The notes: generated by a model not told the origin, from the letters alone. DNA of 44,281 bases from Chiloscyllium plagiosum (GCF_004010195.1 NC_057718.1:100482965-100527245); one strand, 5' to 3'; positions 12,985 through 26,544 are shown, numbered from the stretch's first letter. Numbers and translations are program-made.

Positions 12985-13280
12985 CCAGCATTTATTGCCC
13001 ATCCCTAATTGCCTAGAGGGCAGTTAAGAGTTAACCACGTTGCTGTGGGTCTGGAGTCACATGTAGGTCAGGATGGCAGTTTCTTTTCCAAGAGAAGATT
13101 ATTGATCCAGATTGAATTTTCCTCGACAATTGCCAATGGCTTAATGGTTATCATTAGACACTTAACTCCAGATTTTCACTGAATCAAATTCCATCATCCG
13201 TTGTGGTGGGATTCGAACCCAGGTCCTCAGATTGTTGGATTAACAGTCCAGTGATAATACCACTAGGCTAACACCTCCAT
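12985..13280 (-). mobile_element. Second SINE family (tail ...AATTAGGGATGGGCAATAAATGCTGG); related copies at about 21838-22140 (+), 23550-23895 (+) and 38245-38960 (-)
   Basis: Shared B-box GGTTCGAATCCC and shared body gtgactccagacccacagcaatgtggttgactcttaactgccc. Confidence 0.75.
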
Positions 13281-13446
13281 TTAAAGAAGTCATAACGGGG
13301 CACTTGGATAAATTCAAGATAATCAGGAAGAGCCACATGGTTTTGTGAAAGGGAAACCATACTCGACCAATCTAACATTGCTTTTTGAGATGGCAACACA
13401 TGTTACAGATAAAGGGAAACCGGTGAAAATGTTTTACTTAGATTTC

Positions 13447-13722
13447 TAGAAGCATAGAATCCCTACGTGTGGAAAGTGGCCATTCAGCTCATCATGTCTG
13501 CACTGCCCTCCAAAGACCATCCCACCCAGACCTTCATCCTTTCCTTGTAATCCCATATTTCCTATGGCCAATCCACTTAACTTACACATCTTTGGACTGT
13601 GGGAGGAAACCCAAACAGACACAGGGAGAGCTGTCAGAGACACAGACAGTCACCCAAGGCTAGAATCGAACCCAGGTCCCTGGTGATGTGAATCAGCAGT
13701 GCTGGCCACTTGGCCACTGTGC
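13447..13722 (-). mobile_element. HE1-type SINE inserted into an old CR1 RT fragment (about 13280-14000, +)
   Basis: SINE homology; the flanks read like QHGFVKGK...LTNL...YLDF / KAF. Confidence 0.8.
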
Positions 13723-15229
13723 TATCCAGGTGTTTAGTAATACCTGATAGTATTTAATAAGGCACCCATCAATGCTTATTACAGAAAATAAAAGCTAATG
13801 ATATAACAGGTAGCATATTGGCATGATTATTTTTAAGGCGGTGGAAATAAATTCTTGTTAAGAAAAGGGTAAAAGGTTATCGGGGTAGGCATTGAGGTTA
13901 CAGATAGATCAGATATGATCTTATTACATGGCAGAATAGGCTTGAGGAGTGAATGGACTACTGCCCCTGAGTTGCATATTTGTTTGATCACAAATTACTT
14001 GCATTTCATTGTAAATTTCAATACTATCTTCTGCTGCTGTTATCTTACTGAAGGGTGGAGCTGGAACATGGGGCCGAATGGCCTGTTGCTATTCCTTACA
14101 TCCTTATTGTCCATTGTGTTTCTAAGACCTTGATCTATGATGCCACAGAATGAACAGATTTGAATAAATGATTAAGATTCCAAAGTGATTTTCTACTGGT
14201 TGTGATGCCTTACATTGGTCAACGTATAAATTAGTTATTCCTGATGGATTAGGGTCTGTTGGATGATTACCTCTGCCATGAGTAAACATTGGGCAGGCAT
14301 GTTGCCCATCATTTTGTGTCATTCGGAATCAATGATTCGAAAATTAGAGTCTTATTTTTTGACATACCATAGGGGCATGTCACATTTCTCCCATTGCAGG
14401 GAACTGAGCAAGGTTTAACCTTAATACCTGCCCCCTCCCCTTAATTCCCCTGACTGAAAGCTGAGTTTCAAAAGCATAACCTTGCAGGAGGAGCCAACAG
14501 CAAGTCTTATATTTTGGAGCAGGGCAGATTTCAATTTCCATCACCAGATACATAATACACACCTCCGACTCAGTGATTTAACTTGAGTTCTCCTTGAAGG
14601 ACTTTGCAACTAATTACTAAGCAACCTCTTTTATACTCTACCAATTAAAGTTTCTGTAAGAAGTTCAAAGCAAAACTCTCGCAGCCAAGTCATTATTACG
14701 ACTTTGAAAGCATGTATGAGTTACTAATTTTCTTCTCATAGAAACTGAGGAACATTTTAAGCTGTTCATGGCATTTAAATGCTAAATTACAGATAGTTGA
14801 TGCAATTTTTACATCTGACATTGGAATCTTCTTTCTATTACAGCTGCCCTCAATACAGTATATGGCTTCCCAGCAGAAAACTATTACATAGATACCAGCT
14901 TTTCAACGCATCAGCTATACCAATGCAAATAGTAAAATATTAGCAAACTTACTTAAATCTCTAATTATAATTATACAGCATTACTAATGATCATTGTATA
15001 ATGGACATATTTGTAGATATCTTGTACTAAAAGGTGCAGCCCACACTGTACCTTACACGACGCTGCTCATTAAACCTCGAATGTCATATTATAACTTCCA
15101 AATCCACCCTGATTGAATGTGGATATTTTTCAGAAGCTATTGGAAAATAAACATTAGTGGGGATTGCTTTAAATATTAAAATGTTTTAATCTTCAATTAC
15201 TGACTTGTGAAAGGGTTATTTAATTAAGT

Positions 15230-15406
15230 TTAGATCAGAGTGGTGCTGGAAAAGCAGAGCAGGTCAGGCAGCATCTGAGGAGCAAGAAAATCGATGTTTC
15301 GGGCCAAAGCCCTTCATCAGGAATTCCTGATGCTGCCTGACCTGCTGTGCTTTTCCAGCACCACTCTAAACTCTGCTTTCCAGCATCTGCAGTCCTCACT
15401 TCTGCC
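15230..15406. mobile_element. Palindromic PLE-derived element (family A) with hammerhead core on the minus strand (15291-15321)
   Basis: Arms agtggtgctggaaaagcagagcaggtcaggcagcatc / gatgctgcctgacctgctgtgcttttccagcaccact. Minus strand CTGATGA-A-GGGC-TTTG-GCCC-GAAAC-ATC. TSD TTATTTAATTAAGT at 15216-15229 and 15407-15420. Confidence 0.8.
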
Positions 15407-15532
15407 TTATTTAATTAAGTGTCCAACCCAAACAGTAAGCAGTCTCAGCTGCACAATAACACTCTTGCCTCTCAGCTGTGGCATTAGCCTCACCTCTGAG
15501 ATGTGAGTACACATATCCAGACTGAAGCCCAG

Positions 15533-15998
15533 CATAGAACATTGAACATAGAACAGTACAGCATGTCTGTGCTGACTATGATGCCATTCTAAACTAATCC
15601 TATCTGCCTGCACATGGTGCATGTACTTCTCTTCCCTGCTGGTTCATGTATCTGTCTAAATGCCGCTTAAAGAATGATCACATCTGCTTCTACCACCTCC
15701 CCAGGCACCTCCCACCCTCTGTGTGAAAAGCTTGCTTCGCACATCTCCTTTAAACTTGTCCCCTCTCACCTTAAACACATGCACCCTTGTATTTAATATT
15801 ACCACCCAGGGGTAAAGACTGACTGTCCATATAATCCATGTCTCTCATAATTGATCAGGTTGCCCCTCAGCCTCTGACACCCTAGTGAAAACAATCCAAG
15901 TTTTTCCAACCTCTCATTGTAATTAATACACTCCAATCAGGCAATGTTCTGATAAACCTCTTTTGCAACCTCTTCAAAGCGTCCACATTCTTCCTAAA
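15533..15998 (-). mobile_element. CR1 LINE 3' fragment (continues at about 16608-16685)
   Basis: (CATAGAA)n-type tail and CR1 3' ORF2 similarity. Confidence 0.75.
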
Positions 15999-15999
15999 T

Positions 16000-16590
16000 T
16001 GATTTATTTACTGTCACTTGTACCAAAGCACAGTGAAAAGCTTTGTTTATGAGCAGTACAGGCAGGTCATAGTAAGCAAGGATGTACAGATCAAAAGATC
16101 TAGACAAAGCCATTCAGGTAACATTGGACAGATGTACAAAGAGATCAACGTTAGCATGATCAGCATGATTTGAAGTTAGAGAGTTCATTCATCAGTCTAA
16201 TAACAGCGGGGAAGAAGCCGTTCTCGAACCTGTTGGTGCGTGTGTTCAATCGTCTATAGCTTCTGCCTGACAGAAGAGGTTGTAGGAGATCATTACCAGG
16301 GTGCAATGGGTCTTTGATGCTGTTGGCAGCCTTTCTGTGGCAGTGAGCTGTGTAAATGGAGTCCATGGATGGGAGGTTGGCTCCCGTGATGGTCTGGGCT
16401 GTGCACACCACCCTCTGTAGTTTCTTATAATCCTGGGCAGAATAGTTGCCGTACCTGGCCGTTATACACCCAGGCAGTATGGGTTCAATGGTGCATCTGT
16501 AGAAGTGGGTGAGGGTCCTTATGGAAATGCTGAATTTCCTGAGCCGCTTGAGGAAGGAGAGGCGTTGTGCCTTCTTGACCAACATGGGAA
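16000..16590 (-). mobile_element. Rex1/Babar-like LINE 3' end (DUF1891-type RT C-terminus)
   Basis: ORF 16160-16585: KKAQRLSFLKRLRKF...LTHFYRCTIEPILPGCIT.RYGN...KKLQRVV.TA..ITG...LLSGRSYR...RTNRFENGFFP.VIRLMN. Confidence 0.8.
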
Positions 16591-17597
16591 GATCAGGTTG
16601 TCCATTATAGTGTGAGGACCTGTGTCCTAACTAAAGTCTTATACAACTGCAACGTGACTTGCCAACTTTTAAAGTCAATGCCCTGAACAATGAAGGCAAG
16701 CATGCTTGTAGGTCTTCTTCTGGTTTTGAGGGAATGTTAGTAAAGGTTCTGAATTTTCTCTCAGGTGGATGTAAACAATTCCATGGAACTCGTGCAAAAA
16801 TTGTACAGTGTCTTTGTCAATCATTTTCCCTCAAGCAAAACATTAAAATGGATTATTTGGTGATTACACCTTGTGGGAAGATAGTTGTACTCTAAAATTT
16901 TCCCAGTCTTTGCAGCTAATCAGGGATGGAGGATCTTAGAACAGTCAATATCTCCAGAGAAAAAGGTACTTGGTAAACTAATGAAATTTAAAGTTGACAA
17001 GTAGTTGGTAACTTAGGGCCTAAAAAGAAGTGGCTGCTGAAATATCAGAGGCATTGATTATCATCTTCCAACATTCCGTAGAATCGGGGAAGATCTCAGT
17101 AGGTTGAAAAACAGCAAATGTAATGTCTTAAATCAAGAAAGGGAGGGAGACAGAAGGCTGGAAGCTGTAGGCAGTTTGACTTGTACCTAGAATTGGAAAA
17201 ATTGCTGCTATCCATCATTAAGGAATAGTAACAGGACATTTAGAAAATCATAACGTAATTGAGCCATGTCAACAAAGGTTTATGAAATGAAAAGTATGTT
17301 TGAAAAGGTTTTTAAGAGCTCTTTAAAGATGTAACCAGCAGGGTGGTTAAAGAGGGTCCAGAAAATGCAGATTTCCAAAAGGTATTTGTGTGATGCCACA
17401 CAAACTATAGCTCATGACATTGGAATAATATATTAGCTGAATCTGGAATTGTCTAACTTACACAAAACAGTCAGGATAAACTGGTCATTTTTAACATTGG
17501 CAAGCTATAACTAAAGGGGTGTACAGGGATGAGTACAGTTTCCTCAACTATTTACAATTTATTTTTACAATTTGGATAGGACTGTTGAAGCCAAATG

Positions 17598-18770
17598 TGA
17601 TTTGATTTGACTTAGTATTGTCGCGTGTATTGAGATACAGTGAAAAGTATTGTTTTGTGTGCTAACCAGATAAATCATACCTTACATAAGATCATCAGGG
17701 TAATAGAACAGAATGCAGAATATAAAGGAACCTCGATTATCCAAATACCAATTATCCAAAAATCGGATTATCCGAAGGAGATCTCGAGCTCCCGATAAAA
17801 ACATATCAAAGACCTGTTTCCAACAGTGATCGCATCTTTTGTTTACAGTGATTAAGCAGGCATGGTCTCTAAATGACTGACCTCCTGCCCTTTCTCTCCC
17901 CCCAAACTTTCCCTGGAGTTTTACAGAGGGGTGTACCCTATTCCCCACCGTTCCCTAGATAATCTCTCCAACATTGTCCTGTACGGGGCGAACGTGGAAC
18001 CTGTCTAAAAGATTGTGTGCTTGCGTGCACGCACGCGCTATTTGGAGACTTACCCCACAAAGGCAGCAGCGGCAGTCTTGTTGTTGGTGTACAGTCTGGC
18101 TGCCATGGAGAGGGGGCGTGGGTAGAGTTGAACGGAGTTTGGAGTTGGGAGGGTGAGGGCTCGCGTGCTGGGTGCTGCTGCAGTCTCCTGAATGAGGAGC
18201 AGACTTTAAAACTCCGAGCCCCACAGGAAAGGCATTTAATCGATTCACTGAATAATCGATTATCCAAACAAAATAGTGCCTGCCCATCAAGTTTGGATAA
18301 TCGAGGTTCCCCTGTATAGTGTTACAACTACAGAGAAGTTGCAGAGAAAGATCAACTCTAATACATGAGAGGTCTGTTCGTAAGTCTGGTAACAGCAAGG
18401 AAGAAACTGTTCTTAAATTTGTTGGTACGTGTCTTCAAACCTTTGTATCTTCTGCTTAATGGAAGAGGGTGGGAGGGGTCTTTGATGATGCTGGCTGCTT
18501 CCCCAAGGCAGGAGGAGGTGTAGACAGTCAATGGATGGGAGATTGCTTTATGTGATGGACTGGGCTGTGTTCACAATGCTCTGTAATTTCTTGCAGTCTT
18601 GGGCAGAGCATTGCCATCTCGAGCTGTGATGTATCTGGATAAATGCTTTCTGTAGTGTCTCTGTAATAATCGGTAAGAGTCGTTATGTACGTGCTGTATT
18701 TTCTTAGCCCTTGGAGGAAGTAGAGATGTTGCTGTGCTCTCTTGACTGTAGTGTCGGCGTGGATCGACCA
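17598..18770 (-). mobile_element. Rex1/Babar-like LINE 3' end, interrupted by a Tigger-like MITE
   Basis: Homologous to 16000-16590; (GATTT)n-type tail at about 17598-17612. Confidence 0.72.
17723..18314. mobile_element. Non-autonomous Tigger/pogo-like (Tc1/mariner superfamily) DNA transposon
   Basis: TIRs TAAAGGAACCTCGATTATCC ... GGATAATCGAGGTTCCCCTG, TA duplication at 17721-17722 and 18315-18316, and subterminal ATTATCC repeats. Confidence 0.85.
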
Positions 18771-18909
18771 GTATGTTTACTGATGATGCAAAAGTAGGTA
18801 GGAAAGCAACTTGTTAAAGGGAGTCAAAGTGTTAGGAAAGGGATGTAAATATGGTGAGTCGGCAAATAATTACCAGATGAAGTATAATGTGCAGAAATGT
18901 GAATTAATG

Positions 18910-20485
18910 AGGATTTACGAAGCAAAGTCAAATTTGACAAATTATTGGTTTTTTGAAGATATAACTAGCAGAGTGGATAAGGGGGAAGCCAGTGGACGTG
19001 GTTTGCTTGTATTTTCAGAAGACTTTTCTTAAGATCCCACAGAAGACATTAGCATGCAAGATCAAAACATATTGGATTTGAGGTCATATGTGAAATGGAT
19101 GGAGAACTAGTTGGCAGGCAGGAAAGAAAGAGTAAGAATACATGGGTCTTTTTCCAAGTGGCAAGCAGTGATCAGTGGGTTACATGAGGGATCAGTGCTT
19201 GGACCCCAGCTATTCACAATATACAGAGTCATAAAGATGTATAGCACGGAAACAGACCCTTCAGTCCAACTCATCCATGCTGACCAGATATCCTAAATTA
19301 ATCTAGTCCCATTTGCCAGCACTTGTCCCATATCGTTCTAAACCCTTCCTACTCATATACCCATCTAGATGCCTTTTAAATGTTGTAATTGTACCAGCCT
19401 CCACCACTTTCTCTGGCAGCTCATTCCAAATATATACCACCCTCTGAGTGAAAAAGTTTCCCTTTAGGTTCCTTGTAAATATTTCCCCTCTCACCCTAAA
19501 CCTATGCCCTCTAGTTCTGGACTCCCTGAACCCAGAGAAAAGACCTTGTCTATTTACCCTATTGATGCCCCTCATGATTTTATAAACCTCTATAAGGTCA
19601 CCCCTCAGCCTCCAATGCTCCAGGGAAAACAGCCCCAGCCTATTCAGCCTCTCCCTATAGCTCAAGTCCTCCATAGAAATGATTTAGATAAGGATAAGGA
19701 TTCCATATCTTTGAGTTGGAGAACGTCAGTGTGGTTTGAACATGTTAAATAGGAAAATATGTTGCAGATGGAGTGTAATGTGGATAAATATGAGATAATG
19801 AGATCTGAATACCTTTGTGCACTAGTTGCTGAAATTAAGCATGCACGTGCAGCAGGTGGTGAAGAAGACAAATGATATGTTGATCTTCACAGTGAGAGAA
19901 TTCGAGTGCAGGAATAGAGAGATCTTGCTGCAATCGTACAGGACCTTGGTGAGACCACACCTGGAGTACTGCATGCCTTATCTGAGAAGGATGTTCCGGC
20001 TATGGAGGCAATACATAGGAGGCTTACCAGACTGATTCCTGGGATAGTGGGACTGATATACTTGGAGAAACCAGATCAGTTAGGATGATATTCATGGGAG
20101 TTTAAAAGAATAAGCATGGTTCTCATAGAAACCTATAAAATCCTAACAGCCTTAGACAAGGTAGATGCAGGAAGGATGTTCCTGACGACTGGAGAACCAG
20201 GGATCACAATCTAAGGATATAGGGTTGGCCTTTTAGCACTGAGATGAGGAGAAATGTCTTCACCCAGGGAGTGCTGTACCTGTAGAATTCTCTCCTAAAC
20301 GGTTAAGGCCAAAACATTAGATGTTTTCAAGAAGGAGATAGATATAATTCTTAGGGCTAAAGGACGCAGTGGGTATGGGGAGAAAGCAGGAATAGGAGAC
20401 TGAGTTGGATGATCAGCCGCAATCATACGGAATGATGGAGCAGAGTCGAAGGGCTGAATGGCCTATTGCGGCTCCGATGTGCTAT
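18910..20485 (+). mobile_element. Second CR1 copy nested in the outer CR1
   Basis: NLTN..FFEDITSRVDKG...W.AVISG...[12 protein letters not shown]...LVRPHLEYC...tail. Short duplication ATTAATG at 18903-18909 and 20486-20492. Confidence 0.72.
19225..19672 (-). mobile_element. Young CR1 (HER1-like) LINE 3' end
   Basis: Open ORF 19303-19674 EDLSYRERLNRLGLFSLE..RLRGDLIEVYKIMRG...TRGH...FFTQRVV..WNELP. It splits the host motif FTIY/.NDLD. Confidence 0.9.
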
Positions 20486-20650
20486 ATTAATGCACTTTGG
20501 TAGAAAGAGTAGAAAAGAACTTAATTATTTAAGTTTTTGATGGACTGTAGAGAACAGCATTTGGATATCTTCATGCATGAAATACAAAAAGTTAGAACAT
20601 CGATGCAGCAAGTAATTAAGAAGGTGAATGAACATTGGCCTTTATTGCAA

Positions 20651-20918
20651 AATGTGAAGGTGCCGGTGTTGGTCTGGGGTGGACAAGGTCAGATGTCACA
20701 CGACACCAGGTTATATTCCTGATGAAGAGCTTATGCCCGAAACGTCGACTCTCCTACTCTTTGGATGCTGCCTGACCTGCTGTGCTTTTCCAGCTCCGCA
20801 CTTCTGTGACACCAGGTCATAGGCCAACAGATTTATTTGAAAACACAAGGTTTTGGAGCAGTGCTTGTGATTTCAAATAAACCTGTTGGACCGTAATCTA
20901 GTGTCGTGTGACTTCTGA
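20651..20918. mobile_element. Palindromic PLE-derived element (family C) containing a nested family-A fragment
   Basis: Arms gtcacacgacaccaggttat / taatctagtgtcgtgtgac; approximate flanking duplication ctttatt(g/a)caa. Confidence 0.65.
20716..20750 (+). ncRNA. Minimal hammerhead ribozyme motif (family A), sense to ISM1 intron
   Basis: TTC-CTGATGA-A-GAGC-TTAT-GCCC-GAAAC-GTC-GA: intact core and GUC triplet, with one A.C mismatch in stem II. Confidence 0.6.
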
Positions 20919-21610
20919 CTTTATTACAAGATGGTCTGTAGAATAAAAGTAGGGAAGTCTGGCTACAAGTATACAGCCCATTTGTGAGATCCTTTCAAGA
21001 GTATTGCATACAGCTTTGGTCTGGTTATTTAAGGATCAATATTCTATGAATTTGAGGCACTTCAGAGAAAATTCAACATGATGGAGATGTTTGTCTTAAG
21101 AGGTAACGGTTGAGCATTTTGGGCCTGTATTCAGTGTAGGTCATCTTATTAATAAACACATGCATTCTGAGGGAACTTGACAAGATGTTGAGAAGATGTT
21201 TCCTCTCTGGGGGGGAATATAGCACTAGGGGGCATTGGGGTCAAGCCCTCATCACTAAGGGGATTGTGAATCTTTGAAAATCTCTACCTAGAGACTGAAT
21301 TATTAACTGTGCTCAAGCCTGCTATTTTTGAGTTTTAGATGGTGGTTAATAGTTACAGGAAGCAGGCGGGATAATGGAATTAAGGCGAAAGATCAGAATT
21401 GTGCAGCAGAATCAAGCATGAATGGTCTACACTTGTTCAAATTTCTTATGTTTTCCTTGCCTATTGTGCTTCCATGATAGCAAGAGCGTTCACACATTCA
21501 GAGGCTCCTGTGTGCTGAGGGAAATTGTGAAAATACAGGTCTTCATTTTTAAGTATTTTACTAACTCTTTAAAACCGGTTGTTTTTCCCGATTTCCCCTC
21601 CTTTTCCAAG

Positions 21611-21700
21611 GAATTGAAGATACTTTCAAGACTGCAGCCACAGAGATGAGTCTAATGGCTGGAGGTGAAGATATAAATGCCACTGAGTTATTTGGACTAG
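21611..21700 (+). CDS. ISM1: Isthmin-1 linker exon (90 nt, phase 1 to 1)
   Basis: Polypyrimidine tract then ttccAAG|GA; donor CTA G|GTaggt. Encodes (G)[29 protein letters not shown], similar to ISM1 GIEDTFRTAATEVSLLAG...NAT.LF. Phase is compatible with both neighbouring exons. Confidence 0.93.
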
Positions 21701-23029
21701 GTAGGTTTCTGGTCTTGCTGATAAGGCTACATTCTCAAAGTAAATTATTTTTAAGATCATGTGACATGGTAATGGTCGATATAATCAGCACCCTTTATAC
21801 TGATACACGACTCACTGATAGAGTCTCTTGATCATTAACCCAGGTATTGTTCTGAGAACCAGGGTTTGAATCCTGCCATGGCAGATGGTGACATTTGAAT
21901 TCAATAAAAATCTGGAATTAAGAGTCTAATAATGACCATGAATCCATCGTCAATTATTGGAAAAACCCATTTGGTTCATTAATGTCCTCTGGGAAAGGAA
22001 ATCTGTCCTCCTCATCTGGTCTGGCCTACGTTGTGACTCCAGACCCAGAGCAATGTGGTTGACTCTTAACTGCCCTCTGGACAATTAGGGCTGGGCAATA
22101 AATGCTGGTCTGCCCAGTGACACCTTCATCCCGTGAATGAACAGATTAAAAAAAAAAGCAAGTGTGGCTGGGCTGCATAAAATTTCCAACTGGCATCGGA
22201 ACTAGTGACATTGATCACAGGAAAAACATAGGAAGATAGGAAATAGGAGCAGGAGTAGGCCATTTGGTCTTTTGGGCCTACTCTGTTTATGGATATGATC
22301 ATGGCTGATTATGCAACTGTTCCTACTTTCTCCCCATCCCCTTTAGCCCTAAGATCTATATCTATCTCCTGTTGCGCAACTGCTTTCTGTGCCAGAGAAT
22401 TCCACAGATTCACCACTCTCTGAGTGAGACATTTCTCCTCGTCTCAGTCCCAAATGGCCTACCCATTGCCTACTTATGCTTTTCATCATCACCCCTCAGA
22501 CGCTGGGCGCTCAGTTTGAGAGATGCAACCACCAACCACCCCCATTTCCCCGACTCAATCCCTCCTAAACACCCCTATTATGACACTTCCACTGGGTCAT
22601 CCGAGGTTGTGAGGCTTCCTGCCTGAACTAACCTCCCAGGCCATGCATTCCAGACCTCATCTCTGGGTGGAAAGAATTTTCCTCAAGTCCCCTCTGAACC
22701 TCCTGCCTTACACCTTAAAATGATGCCCCCTGTTAGTTAGCCTTTAACTAAGTGGAATAGTTGCTTTCTATCCACCCTCACAATTTTATACACCTCAGTC
22801 AGCATGCCCCCCTCTCATTCCCATCCCAAGCCATCTCTAAAGAGGCCACTTTTTGCCAATCAATGACTCCCACATCAATGGGTCCTCACCCTTACTCCTA
22901 TCTTTCTGCAGAACCTTGGCTACCCTCTGGTCATCCTCACTCTACAGTCCCGTTCTTCCTGCGGTATTACCAGTATTGTTAAGAAGTTTCCTGCTTGGGA
23001 AAAAAAATCAGAAAAAAATTTGGATATTC

Positions 23030-23465
23030 AGAAACGATTTCGCAGGATGTTGTTGGGACTAGAGCGTTTGAGATATAAAATAGACTGAAATGACTGGGAG
23101 CCTTTTCACTGGAGTATACGAGGTTTATAAAATCACGAGCGACATAAATAAGGTGAATGGCGAGAGTCTTTTCGCTTAAGTGGGGTGTTCAAAACTAGGG
23201 GACATATTTTTAAGATGAGAGGAGAAAGATTTGAGAAGTACATGAGGGGTGAAATTTTTACATACAAAGTGGTTCATGTGTGGAATGAACTGCCAGAGGA
23301 AGTGGTGGATGCAGGCACCGTTATAACGTTTAAAAGACATTTGGATAAGTACGTGAATAAGAAAGATTTGGAAGGATATGGGCCAAATGCAGGCAGGTGG
23401 GACTAGTTTAGTTTGGAAACATGGCTAGAGTGGACTGGTAAGACCTAATGGTCTGTTTCTGTGTT
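23030..23465 (+). mobile_element. CR1 LINE 3' end
   Basis: ORF 23185-23406 KTRGH.FK.RGERF...VVHVWNELPEEVVDAGT...FKRHLD. Confidence 0.85.
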
Positions 23466-24081
23466 GTTTGTGGGACACTTCCTACGCAAGACCTTCAGAT
23501 GCAGAGACGTGGCAATAAGAGCAGGAATAGGCCATTTGGCCCATCATGGGAAGGCAGTGTGGAGTGGTATAATCACAGGCCTGGTAATCCAGAAGCCTAG
23601 ACTACATTCTGGGAACATGGATTTGAACACCCAACATGGCAGATGGTGAATTCCATAAATATCTGTCATTAAATGCTACTCTAATAGTGACCACGTAGTC
23701 ACTACTGATTATTGCTTAAAAACTCGTCTGGTTTACTAATGTCCTTTGGGGAAGGAAATCTGCCATCCTTACCTGGTCTGACCTACATGTGACTCCAAAA
23801 CATCTGCAATGTGGTAGATCTTTAACTTCCTTCTGAACAATTGGGAATGGATAATAAATCCTGTTCTAGGTAACAATATGCACGCTCCATGAACAAAGAA
23901 CAGTTCCTACCCTGTGATTCAAACAGAGTTGGTTGACTATCTTACCTATACACTATATTTCACCATTATCCCCAGATCCCATGATATCATCATTATGCAT
24001 GAAACTGACAACTTCTGTCTTGAATATGCCCAATGCCTGAGCTTCCAGAGCCTTCCTCAGGGCAGAGAATTCCAAAGATTC

Positions 24082-24280
24082 AAAGTTAAAAATCACACAA
24101 CACCAGGCTATAGTTCAACAGGTTTATTTGGAAGTGCTAGCTGTCTTACGATCTTATACTCCACAACCACCTGATGAAGGAGCAGTGCTAGTGTTTCCAA
24201 ATAAACCTGTAGGACTATAACCTGGTGTTGTGTGATTTTTAACTTTGTACACCCCAGTCCAACACCAGCATCTCCAAATC
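24082..24280. mobile_element. Palindromic PLE-derived element (family C) with a partly deleted hammerhead
   Basis: Arms aaagttaaaaatcacacaacaccagg / cctggtgttgtgtgatttttaacttt. CAC-CTGATGA-AGGAGCAGTGCTAGTG lacks the GAAA segment. Confidence 0.75.
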
Positions 24281-24361
24281 CACCAGCCTTTGAGTGAAGG
24301 AATTCCTTCTCATCTCAGTCTTAGTCTAATCTTATCCTGAGATTATATCCCCAGTTCTGGA

Positions 24362-24632
24362 TAGCACAGTGGTTAGCACTGCTGCCTCCACAGCGCCAGG
24401 GACCCTGTTTCAATTCTACCCTTGGCCTACTGTGTGTGGAGTTTTCAAGTTATATGCATGGTTTCCTCCCACAATCTAAAGATATGCAGGTTAGGTGGGC
24501 TAGCCATGGGAAATTGCCTGTGATTTGTAAACAAGGTGGATTAACCATGGGGTTATGGGGGTAGGGTGAGTCTGGGTGGGATGCTCTTTGAAGGGTCAGT
24601 GTAGACTTGATTGGCCTCTGTCTGCACTGTCG
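24362..24632 (+). mobile_element. Degraded HE1-type SINE
   Basis: cagtggttagcactgctgcctc...cagcgccagggacc homology. Confidence 0.75.
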
Positions 24633-25343
24633 CGATTTCTACTTCCCATTTATCTCTCAGAATTCTGTAAGTTTCAGTGAGATAGCCTCTCTTTCTTTGA
24701 AATATAAGAAAATACAGACCCAGCCTCTTCAATATCACTAGATTTTCAGTCCAGCACTCTTCCTAGTGAACCCTTTCAGTTAATGATGAGTAATTCATCC
24801 CTGAGCACCCTCAAAACATCAACTTTCTAGTTACAAGTCAATTGTGCTAACCCAGTGCACCATGGAGACAGAAGCCATTTGTTAGTCTGAATGCTGTTAT
24901 TGATGACTGACTCAGTGATAACAAGTGATATTATTAATTACCAGTTTAATGAACAGCAGCTCCCAACCAGAATTTAACATGTGCATCAGACAAGTTGATG
25001 AAGTGAATAGTTTTTTTAAAATAAAAAATGGTCATGTCTTTCCTGTTTAATAAAGAGGAAAGAATAATTTAGTTTTTAATAAATGACTAAGGCCAAGTGA
25101 TAGATCCATCAGCAACCACAAAATAAGCAAATTGTTCCCTCAGAGTTAGAACAGACTTGAGACTGAACCACGCCAAACCCTGAGGCAAAAGGTCAGCTAT
25201 TTTATTGGATGGTGTAGCAGGCTCAAGGGGCCAAATGACCTCTTGTTTCTCAGAACGGAATGACTTTTGCAATCAGGGGTTTTGTTCAGGCTTTCAGGGG
25301 CTCACTTGCATCAGCGATGGTGCTTTTCACAAGTCGATACTAA

Positions 25344-25907
<564 letters not shown>

Positions 25908-26544
25908 AAACCTGGCTGGGATTAATAGACCGAATGCTCATTTTCTGGAGGAAGTGAGTTTATTTCCGTGTGTAGTCAGACATCCAGTTCTCTGGATATG
26001 TGCACCCATGCATTCAAAACGCCACAGAACAGAGTTCAGCCACTTGGCACCTTGTCAATGCTTCCTTTTTGCCTGCTCCAAACGTTTCAGGACCATTTTA
26101 TTTTTCCTTTTCCTTTCGGCAGCAGCAGGCTTGTAGTTCAAAGGGAACACTGTACCCATTTTGAACAGTTAAAGGGAAACAAATTTGTTTAATCTAATTC
26201 CATTGGAAGGATTGGGGAGGGTGCGTGTGTGTGTGATGAGTCAACCCACAGTATTCAAAGCATTCTGTGGATTTGAGGCATTTTCGACCATAAGCAAAGG
26301 AGGTGGCACTTTTAAAGAGTTTTGTCCCTCTCCCCATGTCTTTCATACGCTCTTGAGACTTCTTAAAAGCCAGTTTATAAAGTATTAATTGTACTGAATG
26401 CAAAATGTTACAGAGAATCTTACTTTGTAAAGTTGTGACATAGATAATTTTCTCATTGAAACCTCTTTTAAAAAATGTTCCTAAGATTTTTTTAAAAATC
26501 TGCTTTATCTTTGTATAGTATTTATTGAGCTGCAGTTTAACAGG

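Larger units (their letters stand above)
16905..21450 (+). mobile_element. Old CR1 LINE ORF2 remnant split by several nested insertions
   Basis: Successive segments read like LKVDK, ANV...KKG, W..VT.GV.QG...PQLFTI, AK/F.DD.K, CELM/HFGRK, then a CR1 3' tail. Confidence 0.7.
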
